Positions 41,530 through 56,596 are shown, counted from the stretch's first letter. The stretch: 64,000 nt of DNA from Eledone cirrhosa (GCA_964016885.1 OZ024741.1:259036001-259100000), one strand, 5' to 3'. Notes: generated by a model from the sequence alone, not told the origin. Made by a program: numbers and translations.

Positions 41530-44500
41530 GTAAGCCGAAACACCGTAAGTCGAAACACTCGTAAGTCGAAACACTCGTAAGTCGAAACACTCGTAAGTCG
41601 AAACACTCGTAAGCCGAAACACTCGTAAGTCGGAACACTCGTAAGTCAGAACACTCATAAGTCAGAACACTCGTAAGTCAGAACACTCGTAAGTCGAAAC
41701 ACTCGTATCGAAACACTCGTATGTCAAATCACCAGTAAGTCGAAGCACTCGTATCGAAACACTCGTATGTTAAAACACCAGTAAGTCAAAACACTCGTAA
41801 GTCGAAACACTCGTAAGCCGAAACACCGTAAGTCGAAACACCCGTATGTCGAAACACTCGTAAGCCGAAACACTCGTAAGTCGAAACACTCGTAGTCGAA
41901 ACACTCGTAAGTCGAAACACCCGTAAGTCGAAACACTCGTAAGTCGAAACACTCGTAAGCCGAAACACTCGTAAGTCGAAACACTCATAAGCCGAAACAC
42001 TCGTAAGTCGAAACACTCGTAAGTCAGAACACTCGTAGTCAGAACACTCGTAAGTCAAACCACTCGTAAGCCGAAACACTCGTAAGTCGAAACACTCGTA
42101 AGTCGAAACACTCGTAAGTCGAAAAACTCGTAAGCCGGAACACTCGTAAGTCAGAACACTCGTAAGTCAGAACACTCGTAAGTCGAAACACTCGTAAGCC
42201 GAAACACCCGTAAGTCGAAACATTCGTAAGTCGAAACACCCGTAAGTCGAAACACTCGTAAGTCGAAACACTCGTAAGTCGAAACACCGTAAGTCAAAAC
42301 ACTCGTATGTCGAAACATCCGTAAATCAGAACACTCCTAAGTCAAAACACTCGTAAGTCGAAACACTCGTAAGTCAAAAATACTCGTAAGTCGAAACACC
42401 CTTAAGTAAAAACACTCGTAAGTCGAAACACTCGTAAGCCGAAACACCCGTCAGTCAAAACACCCGTAAGTCGAAACACTCGTAAGTCAAAAGTCTCGTA
42501 CGCCGAAACACTCGTAAGTAAAAACATTAGTAAGTCGAAACACTCGTAAGCCGAAACACTCATAAGTCGAAACACTCGTAAGCCGAAACACCCGTAAGTC
42601 AAAACATTCGTAAGTCAAAACACTCGTAAGTCGAAACACCCGTAAGTCGAAACACTCGTATGTCGAAACACTCGTAAGCCGAAACACCGTAAGTAAAAAC
42701 ACTCGTAAGTCGAAACACCCACAAGTCGAAACACTCGTAAGCCGAAACACTCGTAAGTCGAAACACTCATAAGCCGAAACACTCGTAAGTCGGAACACTC
42801 GTAAATCAGAACACCCGCAAGTCAGAACACTCGTATCGAAACACTCGTATGTCAAAACACCCGTAAGTCAAAACACTCGTAAGTCGAAACACTCGTAAGC
42901 CGAAACACCGTAAGTAAAAAAAACTCGTAAGTCGAAATACTCGTAAGTCGAAACACTCGTAAGCCGAAACAATCGTAATTCAAAACACTCGTAAGTCGAA
43001 ACACTCGTAAGCCGAAACAATCGTAAGTCGAAACACTCGTAAGCCGAAAATACTCGTAAGTCGGAACACCCGTAAGCCGAAACCCTCGTAGGTCGGAACA
43101 CTCGTAAGTCGAAACACTCGTAAGTCGAAACACCCGTAAGTCGGAACACTCGTAAGTCAGAATACTCGTAAGTCAAAACACTCGTAAACCGGAACACCCG
43201 TAAGGCAAAACATTCGCAAGTCAAAACACTCGTAAGTCGAAACACTCGTAAGCCGAAACACTCGTAAGTCGAAACATTCGTAAGTCGAAACACTCGTAAG
43301 TCGAAACGCTCGTAAGTCAGTGCACCCGTAAGTCAGAACACTCGTAGTCAGAACACTCGTAAGTCGAAACACTCGTAAGTCGAAACACCCGTAAGTCGAA
43401 ACATCCGTAAGTCAAAACACTCGTATGTCGAAACACTCGTAAGCCGAAACACTCATAAGTCGAAACACTCGTAAGCCGAAACACCCGTAAGTCAAAACAT
43501 TCGTAAGTCAAAACACTCGTAAGTCGAAACACCCGTAAGTCAAAACACTCGTATGTCGAAACACTCGTAAGCCGAAACAACGTAAGTAAAAACACTCGTA
43601 AGTCGAAACACCCATAAGTCGAAACACTCGTAAGCCGAAACACTCGTAAGTCGAAACACTCATAAGCCGAAACACTCGTAAGTCGGAACACTCGTAAATC
43701 AGAACACCCGCAAGTCAGAACACTCGTGAATCAGAACACTCTTAAGTCGAAACTCACGTACGCTGAAACACTCGTAAGTCGAAACACTCGTAAGTCGAAA
43801 CATCCTTAAGTCGAAACACTCGTACACCGAAACACTCGTAAGTATAAACATTAGTAAGTCGAAACACTCGTAAGCCGAAACACTCGTAAGTCGAAACACC
43901 CGTAAATCGAAACACCCGTAAGTCAAAACACTCGTATGTCGAAACACTCGTAAACCGAAACACTCGTAAGCCGAAACACCGTAAGTCGAAACACTCGTAA
44001 GTCGAAACACTCGTAAGTCGAAACACTCGTAAGTCGAAACACTCGTAAGCCGAAACACTCGTAAGCCGAAACACTCGTAAGTCGGAACACTCGTAAGTCA
44101 GAACACTCATAAGTCAGAACACTCGTAAGTCAGAACACTCGTAAGTCGAAACACTCGTATCGAAACACTCGTATGTCAAAACACCAGTAAGTCGAAGCAC
44201 TCGTATCGAAACACTCGTATGTTAAAACACCAGTAAGTCAAAACACTCGTAAGTCGAAACACTCGTAAGCCGAAACACCGTAAGTCGAAACACCCGTATG
44301 TCGAAACACTCGTAAGCCGAAACACTCGTAAGTCGAAACACTCGTAGTCGAAACACTCGTAAGTCGAAACACCCGTAAGTCGAAACACTCGTAAGTCGAA
44401 ACACTCGTAAGCCGAAACACTCGTAAGTCGAAACACTCATAAGCCGAAACACTCGTAAGTCGAAACACTCGTAAGTCAGAACACTCGTAGTCAGAACACT

Positions 44501-46410
44501 CGTAAGTCAAACCACTCGTAAGCCGAAACACTCGTAAGTCGAAACACTCGTAAGTCGAAACACTCGTAAGTCGAAAAACTCGTAAGCCGGAACACTCGTA
44601 AGTCAGAACACTCGTAAGTCAGAACACTCGTAAGTCGAAACACTCGTAAGCCGAAACACCCGTAAGTCGAAACATTCGTAAGTCGAAACACCCGTAAGTC
44701 GAAACACTCGTAAGTCGAAACACTCGTAAGTCGAAACACCGTAAGTCAAAACACTCGTATGTCGAAACATCCGTAAATCAGAACACTCCTAAGTCAAAAC
44801 ACTCGTAAGTCGAAACACTCGTAAGTCAAAAATACTCGTAAGTCGAAACACCCTTAAGTAAAAACACTCGTAAGTCGAAACACTCGTAAGCCGAAACACC
44901 CGTCAGTCAAAACACCCGTAAGTCGAAACACTCGTAAGTCAAAAGTCTCGTACGCCGAAACACTCGTAAGTAAAAACATTAGTAAGTCGAAACACTCGTA
45001 AGCCGAAACACTCATAAGTCGAAACACTCGTAAGCCGAAACACCCGTAAGTCAAAACATTCGTAAGTCAAAACACTCGTAAGTCGAAACACCCGTAAGTC
45101 GAAACACTCGTATGTCGAAACACTCGTAAGCCGAAACACCGTAAGTAAAAACACTCGTAAGTCGAAACACCCACAAGTCGAAACACTCGTAAGCCGAAAC
45201 ACTCGTAAGTCGAAACACTCATAAGCCGAAACACTCGTAAGTCGGAACACTCGTAAATCAGAACACCCGCAAGTCAGAACACTCGTATCGAAACACTCGT
45301 ATGTCAAAACACCCGTAAGTCAAAACACTCGTAAGTCGAAACACTCGTAAGCCGAAACACCGTAAGTAAAAAAACTCGTAAGTCGAAATACTCGTAAGTC
45401 GAAACACTCGTAAGCCGAAACAATCGTAATTCAAAACACTCGTAAGTCGAAACACTCGTAAGCCGAAACAATCGTAAGTCGAAACACTCGTAAGCCGAAA
45501 ATACTCGTAAGTCGGAACACCCGTAAGCCGAAACCCTCGTAGGTCGGAACACTCGTAAGTCGAAACACTCGTAAGTCGAAACACCCGTAAGTCGGAACAC
45601 TCGTAAGTCAGAATACTCGTAAGTCAAAACACTCGTAAACCGGAACACCCGTAAGGCAAAACATTCGCAAGTCAAAACACTCGTAAGTCGAAACACTCGT
45701 AAGCCGAAACACTCGTAAGTCGAAACACTCGTAAGTCGAAACACTCGTAAGTCGAAACACTCGTAAGTCAGTGCACCCGTAAGTCAGAACACTCGTAGTC
45801 AGAACACTCGTAAGTCGAAACACTCGTAAGTCGAAACACCCGTAAGTCGAAACATCCGTAAGTCAAAACACTCGTATGTCGAAACACTCGTAAGCCGAAA
45901 CACTCATAAGTCGAAACACTCGTAAGCCGAAACACCCGTAAGTCAAAACATTCGTAAGTCAAAACACTCGTAAGTCGAAACACCCGTAAGTCAAAACACT
46001 CGTATGTCGAAACACTCGTAAGCCGAAACAACGTAAGTAAAAACACTCGTAAGTCGAAACACCCATAAGTCGAAACACTCGTAAGCCGAAACACTCGTAA
46101 GTCGAAACACTCATAAGCCGAAACACTCGTAAGTCGGAACACTCGTAAATCAGAACAACCGCAAGTCAGAACACTCGTGAATCAGAACACTCTTAAGTCG
46201 AAACTCACGTACGCTGAAACACTCGTAAGTCGAAACACTCGTAAGTCGAAACATCCTTAAGTCGAAACACTCGTACACCGAAACACTCGTAAGTTTAAAC
46301 ATTAGTAAGTCGAAACACTCGTAAGCCGAAACACTCGTAAGTCGAAACACCCGTAAATCGAAACACCCGTAAGTCAAAACACTCGTATGTCGAAACACTC
46401 GTAAACCGAA
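41530..46410 (+). repeat. Two tandem copies of the 2451-bp cassette-free unit (boundaries approximate)
   Basis: Landmarks 41724/44176 (2452, one extra A in an A-run) and 43157/45608, 43317/45768 (2451). Confidence 0.88.
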
Positions 46411-47555
46411 ACACTCGTAAGTCGGAACACTCGTAAGTCAGAACACTCGTAAGTCAGAACACTCGTAAGTCGAAACACTCGTAAGTCGAAACACCCGTAA
46501 GTCGAAACCCCCGTAAGTCGAAACACTCGTATGTCGAATAACTCGTAAGCCGAAACACCGTAAGTCAAAACACTCGTAAGTCGAAACACTCGTAAGTCGA
46601 AACACCCATAAGCCGAAACACTCGTAAGCCAAAACATTCGTAAGTCGAAACACTCGTAAACCGAAACACTCGTAAGCCAAAACATTCGTAACTCGAAACA
46701 CTCGTAAGTCGAAACACCCATAGCCGAAACACTCGTAAGTCGGAACACACGTAAGTCAGAACACCCGTAAGTCAGAACACTCGTAAGTCAGAACACTCGT
46801 AAGTCAGAACACTCGTAAGTCAGAGCACTCGTATCGAAACACTCGTATGTCAAAACACCCGTAAGTCAAAACACTCGTAAGTCGAAACACTCGTAAGCCG
46901 AAACACCGTAAGCCAAAACACTCGTAAGTCGAAACACCCGTAAGTCGGAACACTCGTAAGTCGAAACACTCGTAAGTCGAAACACTCGTAAGCCGAAACA
47001 CTCGTAAGCCGAAACACTCGTAAGTCGGAACACTCGTAAGTCGGAACACTCGTAAGTCGGAACACTCGTAAGTCAGAACACTCGTAAGTCAGAACACTCG
47101 TAAGTCAGAATACTCGTAAGTCGAAACACTCGTATCGAAACACTCGTATGTCAAAACACCCGTAAGTCAAAACACTCGTAAGTCGAAACACTCGTAAGTC
47201 GAAACACTCGTATGTCGAAACATCCGTAAATCAGAACACTCGTAAGTCGAAACACTCGTAAGTCGAAACACTCGTAAGCCGAAACACTCGTAAGTCGAAA
47301 CACTCGTATCGAAACACTCGTAAGTCGAAACACCCTTAAGTCAAAACACTCGTAAGCCAAAACACTCGTAAGTCGAAACACTCGTAAGTCGGAACACTCG
47401 TAAGTCAGAACACTCGTAAGTCAGAACACTCGTAAGTGGAAACACGCGTAAGTCGAAAGACCCGTAAGTCAAAATTCTCGTAAGTCAAAATACTCGTAAG
47501 CCGAAACACTCGTAAGTCGAAACACTCGTAAGTCGAAACATTCGTAAAGCGAAAC

Positions 47556-47624
47556 GTATAAATAAAGATTAATGTAATGAACTTGAAAAGCATAGATATT
47601 TGAAACCGCGTCTATTTGTTATTT
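47556..47624. repeat. 69-bp cassette, subtype A
   Basis: Matches 4652-4720. Confidence 0.95.
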
Positions 47625-48706
47625 TCGTAAGTCGAAACACTCGTAAGTCAGAACACTCGTAAGTCAGAACACTCTTAAGTGAGAACACTCGTATCGAAAC
47701 ACTCGTATGTCAAAACACCCGTAAGTCAAAACACTCGTAAGTCGAAACACTCGTAAGTCGAAACACTCGTAAGCCGAAACAATCGTAAGTCAAAACACTC
47801 GTAAGTCGAAACACTGGTAAGCCGAAAATACTCGTAAGTCGGAACACCCGTAAGCCGAAACCCTCGTAGGTCGGAACACTCTTAAGTCGAAACACTCGTA
47901 AGTCGAAACACCCGTAAGTCGAAACACTCGTAAGTCGAAACACCCGTAAGTCGAAACATCCGTAAGTCAAAACACTCGTATGTCGAAACACTCGTAAGCC
48001 GAGACACTCGTAAGTCGGAACACTCGCAAGTCAGAACACTCGTAAGTCAGAACACTCGTAAGTCGAAACACTCGTAAGTCGAAACACCCGTAAGTCGAAA
48101 CGCCCGTAAGTCAAAACACTCGTATGTCGAAACACTCGCAAGCCGAAAAACCGTAAGTCAAAACACTCGTAAGTCGAAACACACGTAAGTCGAAACACTC
48201 GTAAGTCGAAACACTCGTAAGCCGAAACACTCGTAAGCGAAAACATTCGTAAGTCGAAACACTCGTAACCCGAAACACTCGTAAGTCGAAACACTCGAAA
48301 GCCGAAACACTCGTAAGTCGAAACACTCATAAGCCGAAACACTCGTAAGTAGGAACACTCGTAAGTCAGAACACCCGTAAGTCAGAACACTCGTAGTCAG
48401 AACACTCGTAAGTCGAAACACTCGTAATCCGAAACACTCTTAAGTCGAAACACTCGTAAGTCGGAAGACTCGTAAGTCAGAACACTCGTAAGTCAGAACA
48501 CTCGTAAGTCGAAACACTCGTAAGCCGAAACATCCGTAAGTCAAAACACCCGTAGTCGAAACACTCGCATGTCGAAACACTCGTAAGTCGAAACACGCGT
48601 AAGTCGAAACACATGTAAGTCAAAACACTCGTAAGTCAAAACACTCGTAAGCCGAAACACTCGTAAGTCGAAACACTCGTAAGTTGAAACACTCGTAAAG
48701 CGAAAC

Positions 48707-48775
48707 GTATAAATAAAGATTAATGTAATGAATTTGAAAAGCATAGAGATTTGAAACCGCGTCTATTTGTTATTT
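48707..48775. repeat. 69-bp cassette, subtype B
   Basis: Matches 5835-5903; 1151 bp after A. Confidence 0.95.
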
Positions 48776-51700
48776 TCGTAAGTCGAAACACTCGTAAGCC
48801 GAAACACTCGTGAGCCGAAACACTCGTAAGTCGGAACACTCGTAAGTCAGAACACTCGTAAGTCAGAACACTCGTAAGTTAGAACACTCGTAAGTCAGAA
48901 CACTCGTAAGTCAGAACACTCGTAAGTCAAAACACTCGTAAGTCGAAACACTCGTAAGCCGAAACACCGTAAGTCAAAACACTCGTAAGTCGAAACACTC
49001 GTAAGTCGAAACACTCGTAAGTCGAAACACTCGTAAGTCGAAACACTCGTAAGTCGAAACACTCGTAAGCCGAAACACTCGTAAGCCGAAACACTCGTAA
49101 GTCGGAACACTCATAAGTCAGAACACTCGTAAGTCAGAACACTCGTAAGTCGAAACACTCGTAAGCCGAAACACCGTAAGTCGAAACACCCGTATGTCGA
49201 AACACTCGTAAGCCGAAACACTCTTAAGTCGAAACACTCATAAGCCGAAACACTCGTAAGTCGGAACACTCGTAAATCAGAACACCCGCAAGTCAGAACA
49301 CTCGTAAATTAGAACACTCTTAAGTCGAAACTTACGTACGCCGAAACAATCCTAAGTCGAAACACTCGTAAGTCGAAACATCCTTAAGTCGAAACACTCG
49401 TACACCGAAACACTCGTAAGTATAAACATTAGTAAGTCGAAACACTCGTATGTCGAAACACTCGTAAACCGAAACACTCGTAAGTCGGAACACTCGTAAG
49501 TCAGAACACTCGTAAGTCAGAACACTCGTAAGTCGAAACACTCATAAGTCGAAACACCCGTAAGTCGAAACACTCGTATGTCGAATAACTCGTAAGCCGA
49601 AACACCGTAAGTCAAAACACTCGTAAGTCGAAACACTCGTAAGTCGAAACACCCATAAGCGCGAAACACTCGTAAGCCAAAACATTCGTAAGTCGAAACA
49701 CTCGTAAACCGAAACACTCGTAAGCCAAAACATTCGTAAGTCGAAACACTCGTAAGTCGAAACACCCATAGCCGAAACACTTGTAAGTCTGAACACACGT
49801 AAGTCAGAACACCCGTAAGTCAGAACACTCGTAAGTCAGAACACTCGTAAGTCAGAACACTCGTAAGTCAGAACACTCGTAAGTCAGAGCACTCGTATCG
49901 AAACACTCGTATGTCAAAACACCCGTAAGTCAAAACACTCGTAAGTCGAAACACTCGTAAGCCGAAACACCGTAAGCCAAAACACTCGTAAGTCGAAACA
50001 CCCCTAAGTCGGAACACTCGTAAGTCGAAACACTCGTAAGTCGAAACACTCGTAAGCCGAAACACTCGTAAGCCGAAACACTCATAAGTCGGAACACTCG
50101 TAAGTCGGAACACTCGTAAGTCAGAACACTCGTAAGTCAGAACACTCGTAAGTCAGAACACTCGTAAGTCAGAACACTCGTAAGTCGAAACACTCGTATC
50201 GAAACACTCGTATGTCAAAACACCCGTAAGTCAAAACACTCGTAAGTCGAAACACTCGTAAGTCGAAACATTCGTAAGTCGAAACATCCGTAAATCAGAA
50301 CACTCTTAAGTCGAAACACTCGTAAGTCGAAACACTTGTAAGCCGAAACACTCGTAAGTCGAAGCACTCGTATCGAAACACTCGTAAGTCGAAACACCCT
50401 TAAGTCAAAACACTCGTAAGCCAAAACACTCGTAAGTCGAAACACTCGTAAGTCGGAACACTCGTAAGTCAGAACACTCGTAAGTCAGAACACTCGTAAG
50501 TGGAAACACGCGTAAGTCGAAACACTCATAAGTCGAAACACTCGTAAGTCGAAACACCCGTAAGTCGAAACACCCGTAAGTCGAAACACTCGTATGTCGA
50601 ATAACTCGTAAGCCGAAACACCGTAAGTCAAAACACTCGTAAGTCGAAACACTCGTAAGTCGAAACACCCATAAGCCGAAACACTCGTAAGCCAAAACAT
50701 TCGTAAGTCGAAACACTCGTAAACCGAAACACTCGTAAGCCAAAACATTCGTAAGTCGAAACACTCGTAAGTCGAAACACCCATAGCCGAAACACTCGTA
50801 AGTCTGAACACACGTAAGTCAGAACAGCCGTAAGTCAGAACACTCGTAAGTCAGAACACTCGTAAGTCAGAACACTCGTAAGTCAGAGCACTCGTATCGA
50901 AACACTCGTATGTCAAAACACCCGTAAGTCAAAACACTCGTAAGTCGAAACACTCGTAAGCCGAAACACCGTAAGCCAAAACACTCGTAAGTCGAAACAC
51001 CCGTAAGTCGGAACACTCGTAAGTCGAAACACTCGTAAGTCGAAACACTCGTAAGCCGAAACACTCGTAAGCCGAAACACTCGTAAGTCGGAACACTCGT
51101 AAGTCGGAACACTCGTAAGTCAGAACACTCGTAAGTCAGAACACTCGTAAGTCAGAACACTCGTAAGTCAGAACACTCGTATGTCAAAACACCCTTAAGT
51201 CAAAACACTCGTAAGTCGAAACACTCGTAAGTCGAAACACTCGTATGTCGAAACATCCGTAAATCAGAACACTCGTAAGTCGAAACACTCGTAAGTCGAA
51301 ACACTCGTAAGCCGAAACACTCGTAAGTCGAAGCACTCGTATCGAAACACTCGTAAGTCGAAACACCCTTAAGTCAAAACACTCGTAAGCCAAAACACTC
51401 GTAAGTCGAAACACTCGTAAGTCGGAACACTCGTAAGTCAGAACACTCGTAAGTCAGAACACTCGTAAGTGGAAACACGCGTAAGTCGAAAGACCCGTAA
51501 GTCAAAAATCTCGTAAGTCAAAACACTCGTAAGCCGAAACACTCGTAAGTCGAAACACTCGTAAGTCGAAACACCCGTAAGTCGGAACACTCGTAAGTCA
51601 GAATACTCGTAAGTCAAAACACTCGTAAACCGGAACACCCGTAAGACAAAACATTCGCATGTCAAAACACTCGTAAGTCGAAACACTCGTAAGCCGAAAC

Positions 51701-54700
51701 ACTCGTAAGTCGAAACACTCGTAAGTCGAAACACTCGTAAGTCGAAACACTCGTAAGTCAGTGCACCCGTAAGTCAGAACACTCGTAGTCAGAATACTCG
51801 TAAGTCGAAACACTCGTATGTCGAAACACCCGTAAGTCGAAACATCCGTAAGTCAAAACACTCGTATGTCGAAACACTCGTAAGTCGAAACACTCATAAG
51901 TCGAAACACTCGTAAGCCGAAACACCCGTAAGTCAAAACATTCGTAAGTCAAAACACTCGTAAGTCGAAACACCCGTAAGTCAAAACACTCGTATGTCGA
52001 AACACTCGTAAGCCGAAACAACGTAAGTAAAAACACTCGTAAGTCGAAACACCCATAAGTCGAAACACTCGTAAGCCGAAACACTCGTAAGTCGAAACAC
52101 TCATAAGCCGAAACACTCGTAAGTCGGAACACTCGTAAATCAGAACACCCGCAAGTCAGAACACTCGTAAATCAGAACACTCTTAAGTCGAAACTCACGT
52201 ACGCTGAAACACTCGTAAGTCGAAACACTCGTAAGTCGAAACATCCTTAAGTCGAAACACTCGTACACCGAAACACTCGTAAGTATAAACATTAGTAAGT
52301 CGAAACACTCGTAAGCCGAAACACTCGTAAGTCGAAACACCCGTAAATCGAAACACCCGTAAGTCAAAACACTCGTATGTCGAAACACTCGTAAACCGAA
52401 ACACTCGTAAGTCGGAACACTCGTAAGTCAGAACACTCGTAAGTCAGAACACTCGTAAGTCGAAACACTCATAAGTCGAAACACTCGTAAGTCGAAACAC
52501 CCGTAAGTCGAAACCCCCGTAAGTCGAAACACTCGTATGTCGAATAACTCGTAAGCCGAAACACCGTAAGTCAAAACACTCGTAAGTCAAAACACTCGTA
52601 AGTCGAAACACCCATAAGCCGAAACACTCGTAAGCCAAAACATTCGTAAGTCGAAACACTCGTAAACCGAAACACTCGTAAGCCAAAACATTCGTAAGTC
52701 GAAACACTCGTAAGTCGAAACACCCATAGCCGAAACACTCGTAAGTCGGAACACACGTAAGTCAGAACACCCGTAAGTCAGAACACTCGTAAGTCAGAAC
52801 ACTCGTAAGTCAGAGCACTCGTATCGAAACACTCGTATGTCAAAACACCCGTAAGTCAAAACACTCGTAAGTCGAAACACTCGTAAGCCGAAACACCGTA
52901 AGCCAAAACACTCGTAAGTCGGAACACCCGTAAGTCGGAACACTCGTAAGTCGAAACACTCGTAAGTCGAAACACTCGTAAGCCGAAACACTCGTAAGCC
53001 GAAACACTCGTAAGTCGGAACACTCGTAAGTCGGAACACTCGTAAGTCAGAACACTCGTAAGTCAGAACACTCGTAAGTCAGAACACTCGTAAGTCAGAA
53101 TACTCGTAAGTCGAAACACCCGTAAGTCGAAACACCCGTAAGTCGAAACACTCGTATGTCGAATAACTCGTAAGCCGAAACACCGTAAGTCAAAACACTC
53201 GTAAGTCGAAACACTCGTAAGTCGAAACACCCATAAGCCGAAACACTCGTAAGCCAAAACATTCGTAAGTCGAAACACTCGTAAACCGAAACACTCGTAA
53301 GCCAAAACATTCGTAAGTCGAAACACTCGTAAGTCGAAACACCCATAGCCGAAACACTTGTAAGTCTGAACACACGTAAGTCAGAACACCCGTAAGTCAG
53401 AACACTCGTAAGTCAGAACACTCGTAAGTCAGAACACTCGTAAGTCAGAGCACTCGTATCGAAACACTCGTATGTCAAAACACCCGTAAGTCAAAACACT
53501 CGTAAGTCGAAACACTCGTAAGCCGAAACACCGTAAGCCAAAACACTCGTAAGTCGAAACACCCGTAAGTCGGAACACTCGTAAGTCGAAACACTCGTAA
53601 GTCGAAACACTCGTAAGCCGAAACACTCGTAAGCCGAAACACTCGTAAGTCGGAACACTCGTAAGTCGGAACACTCGTAAGTCAGAACACTCGTAAGTCA
53701 GAACACTCGTAAGTCAGAACACTCGTAAGTCAGAACACTCGTAAGTCGAAACACTCGTATCGAAACACTCGTATGTCAAAACACCAGTAAGTCGAAACAC
53801 TCGTATCGAAACACTCGTATGTCAAAACACCAGTAAGTCAAAACACTCGTAAGTCGAAACACTCGTAAGCCGAAACACCGTAAGTCGAAACACCCGTATG
53901 TCGAAACACTCGTAAGCCGAAACACTCGTAAGTCGAAACACTCGTAGTCGAAACACTCGTAAGTCGAAACACCCGTAAGTCGAAACACTCGTAAGTCGAA
54001 ACACTCGTAAGCCGAAACACTCGTAAGTCGAAACACTCGTAAGTCGAAACACTCGTAAGTCAGAACACTCGTAGTCAGAACACTCGTAAGTCAAACCACT
54101 CGTAAGCCGAAACACTCGTAAGTCGAAACACTCGTAAGTCGAAACACTCGTAAGTCGAAAAACTCGTAAGCCGGAACACTCGTAAGTCAGAACACTCGTA
54201 AGTCAGAACACTCGTAAGTCGAAACACTCGTAAGTCGAAACACCGTAAGTCAAAACACTCGTATGTCGAAACATCCGTAAATCAGAACACTCCTAAGTCA
54301 AAACACTCGTAAGTCGAAACACTCGTAAGTCAAAAATACTCGTAAGTCGAAACACCCTTAAGTAAAAACACTCGTAAGTCGAAACACTCGTAAGCCGAAA
54401 CACCCGTCAGTTAAAACACCCGTAAGTCGAAACACTCGTAAGTCAAAACTCTCGTACGCCGAAACACTCGTAAGTAAAAACATTAGTAAGTCGAAACACT
54501 CGTAAGCCGAAAGACTCATAAGTCGAAACACTCGTAAGCCGAAACACCCGTAAGTCAAAACATTCGTAAGTCAAAACACTCGTAAGTCGAAACACCCGTA
54601 AGTCGAAACACTCGTATGTCGAAACACTCGTAAGCCGAAACACCGTAAGTAAAAACACTCGTAAGTCGAAACACCCACAAGTCGAAACACTCGTAAGCCG

Positions 54701-56596
54701 AAACACTCGTAAGTCGAAACACTCATAAGCCGAAACACTCGTAAGTCGGAACACTCGTAAATCAGAACACCCGCAAGTCAGAACACTCGTATCGAAACAC
54801 TCGTATGTCAAAACACCCGTAAGTCAAAACACTCGTAAGTCGAAACACTCGTAAGCCGAAACACCGTAAGTAAAAAAACTCGTAAGTCGAAATACTCGTA
54901 AGTCGAAACACTCGTAAGCCGAAACAATCGTAATTCAAAACACTCGTAAGTCGAAACACTCGTAAGCCGAAACAATCGTAAGTCGAAACACTCGTAAGCC
55001 GAAAATACTCGTAAGTCGGAACACCCGTAAGCCGAAACACTCGTATGTCGAAACACTCGTAAGCCGAAACAACATAAGTAAAAACACTCGTAAGTCGAAA
55101 CACCCATAAGTCGAAACACTCGTAAGCCGAAACACTCGTAAGTCGAAACACTCATAAGCCGAAACACTCGTAAGTCGGAACACTCGTAAATCAGAACACC
55201 CGCAAGTCAGAACACTCGTAAATCAGAACACTCTTAAGTCGAAACTCACGTACGCTGAAACACTGGTAAGTCGAAACACTCGTAAGTCGAAACATCCTTA
55301 AGTCGAAACACTCGTACACCGAAACACTCGTAAGTATAAACATTAGTAAGTCGAAACACTCGTAAGCCGAAACACTCGTAAGTCGAAACACCCGTAAATC
55401 GAAACACCCGTAAGTCAAAACACTCGTATGTCGAAACACTCGTAAACCGAAACACTCGTAAGTCGGAACACTCGTAAGTCAGAACACTCGTAAGTCAGAA
55501 CACTCGTAAGTCGAAACACTCATAAGTCGAAACACTCGTAAGTCGAAACACCCGTAAGTCGAAACCCCCGTAAGTCGAAACACTCGTATGTCGAATAACT
55601 CGTAAGCCGAAACACCGTAAGTCAAAACACTCGTAAGTCGAAACACTCGTAAGTCGAAACACCCATAAGCCGAAACACTCGTAAGCCAAAACATTCGTAA
55701 GTCGAAACACTCGTAAACCGAAACACTCGTAAGCCAAAACATTCGTAAGTCGAAACACTCGTAAGTCGAAACACCCATAGCCGAAACACTCGTAAGTCGG
55801 AACACACGTAAGTCAGAACACCCGTAAGTCAGAACACTCGTAAGTCAGAACACTCGTAAGTCAGAACACTCGTAAGTCAGAGCACTCGTATCGAAACACT
55901 CGTATGTCAAAACACCCGTAAGTCAAAACACTCGTAAGTCGAAACACTCGTAAGCCGAAACACCGTAAGCCAAAACACTCGTAAGTCGAAACACCCGTAA
56001 GTCGGAACACTCGTAAGTCGAAACACTCGTAAGTCGAAACACTCGTAAGCCGAAACACTCGTAAGCCGAAACACTCGTAAGTCGGAACACTCGTAAGTCG
56101 GAACACTCGTAAGTCAGAACACTCGTAAGTCAGAACACTCGTAAGTCAGAACACTCGTAAGTCAGAATACTCGTAAGTCGAAACACTCGTATCGAAACAC
56201 TCGTATGTCAAAACACCCGTAAGTCAAAACACTCGTAAGTCGAAACACTCGTAAGTCGAAACACTCGTATGTCGAAACATCCGTAAATCAGAACACTCGT
56301 AAGTCGAAACACTCGTAAGCCGAAACACTCGTAAGTCGAAACACTCGTATCGAAACACTCGTAAGTCGAAACACCCTTAAGTCAAAACACTCGTAAGCCA
56401 AAACACTCGTAAGTCGAAACACTCGTAAGTCGGAACACTCGTAAGTCAGAACACTCGTAAGTCAGAACACTCGTAAGTGGAAACACGCGTAAGTCGAAAG
56501 ACCCGTAAGTCAAAAATCTCGTAAGTCAAAACACTCGTAAGCCGAAACACTCGTAAGTCGAAACACTCGTAAGTCGAAACATTCGTAAAGCGAAAC

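Larger units (their letters stand above)
42921..52590 (+). repeat. Long-range direct copy of window positions 1 to ~9770
   Basis: The sequence at 42921 matches position 1. Offsets are 42920 (237/43157, 1256/44176, 3230/46150), 42904 (4689/47593), 42872 (5872/48744) and 42813 (9327/52140). Confidence 0.88.

Noticed and set aside
42916-42923. A-run of 8 where the homologous copies (~2448, ~45368, ~54872) have 7
   Set aside because: A single homopolymer difference is most simply slippage or a sequencing error.
49650-49670. One 17-bp monomer (CATAAGCGCGAAAC)
   Set aside because: An isolated 1-bp insertion absent from homologous copies; a private mutation or consensus error with no wider pattern.
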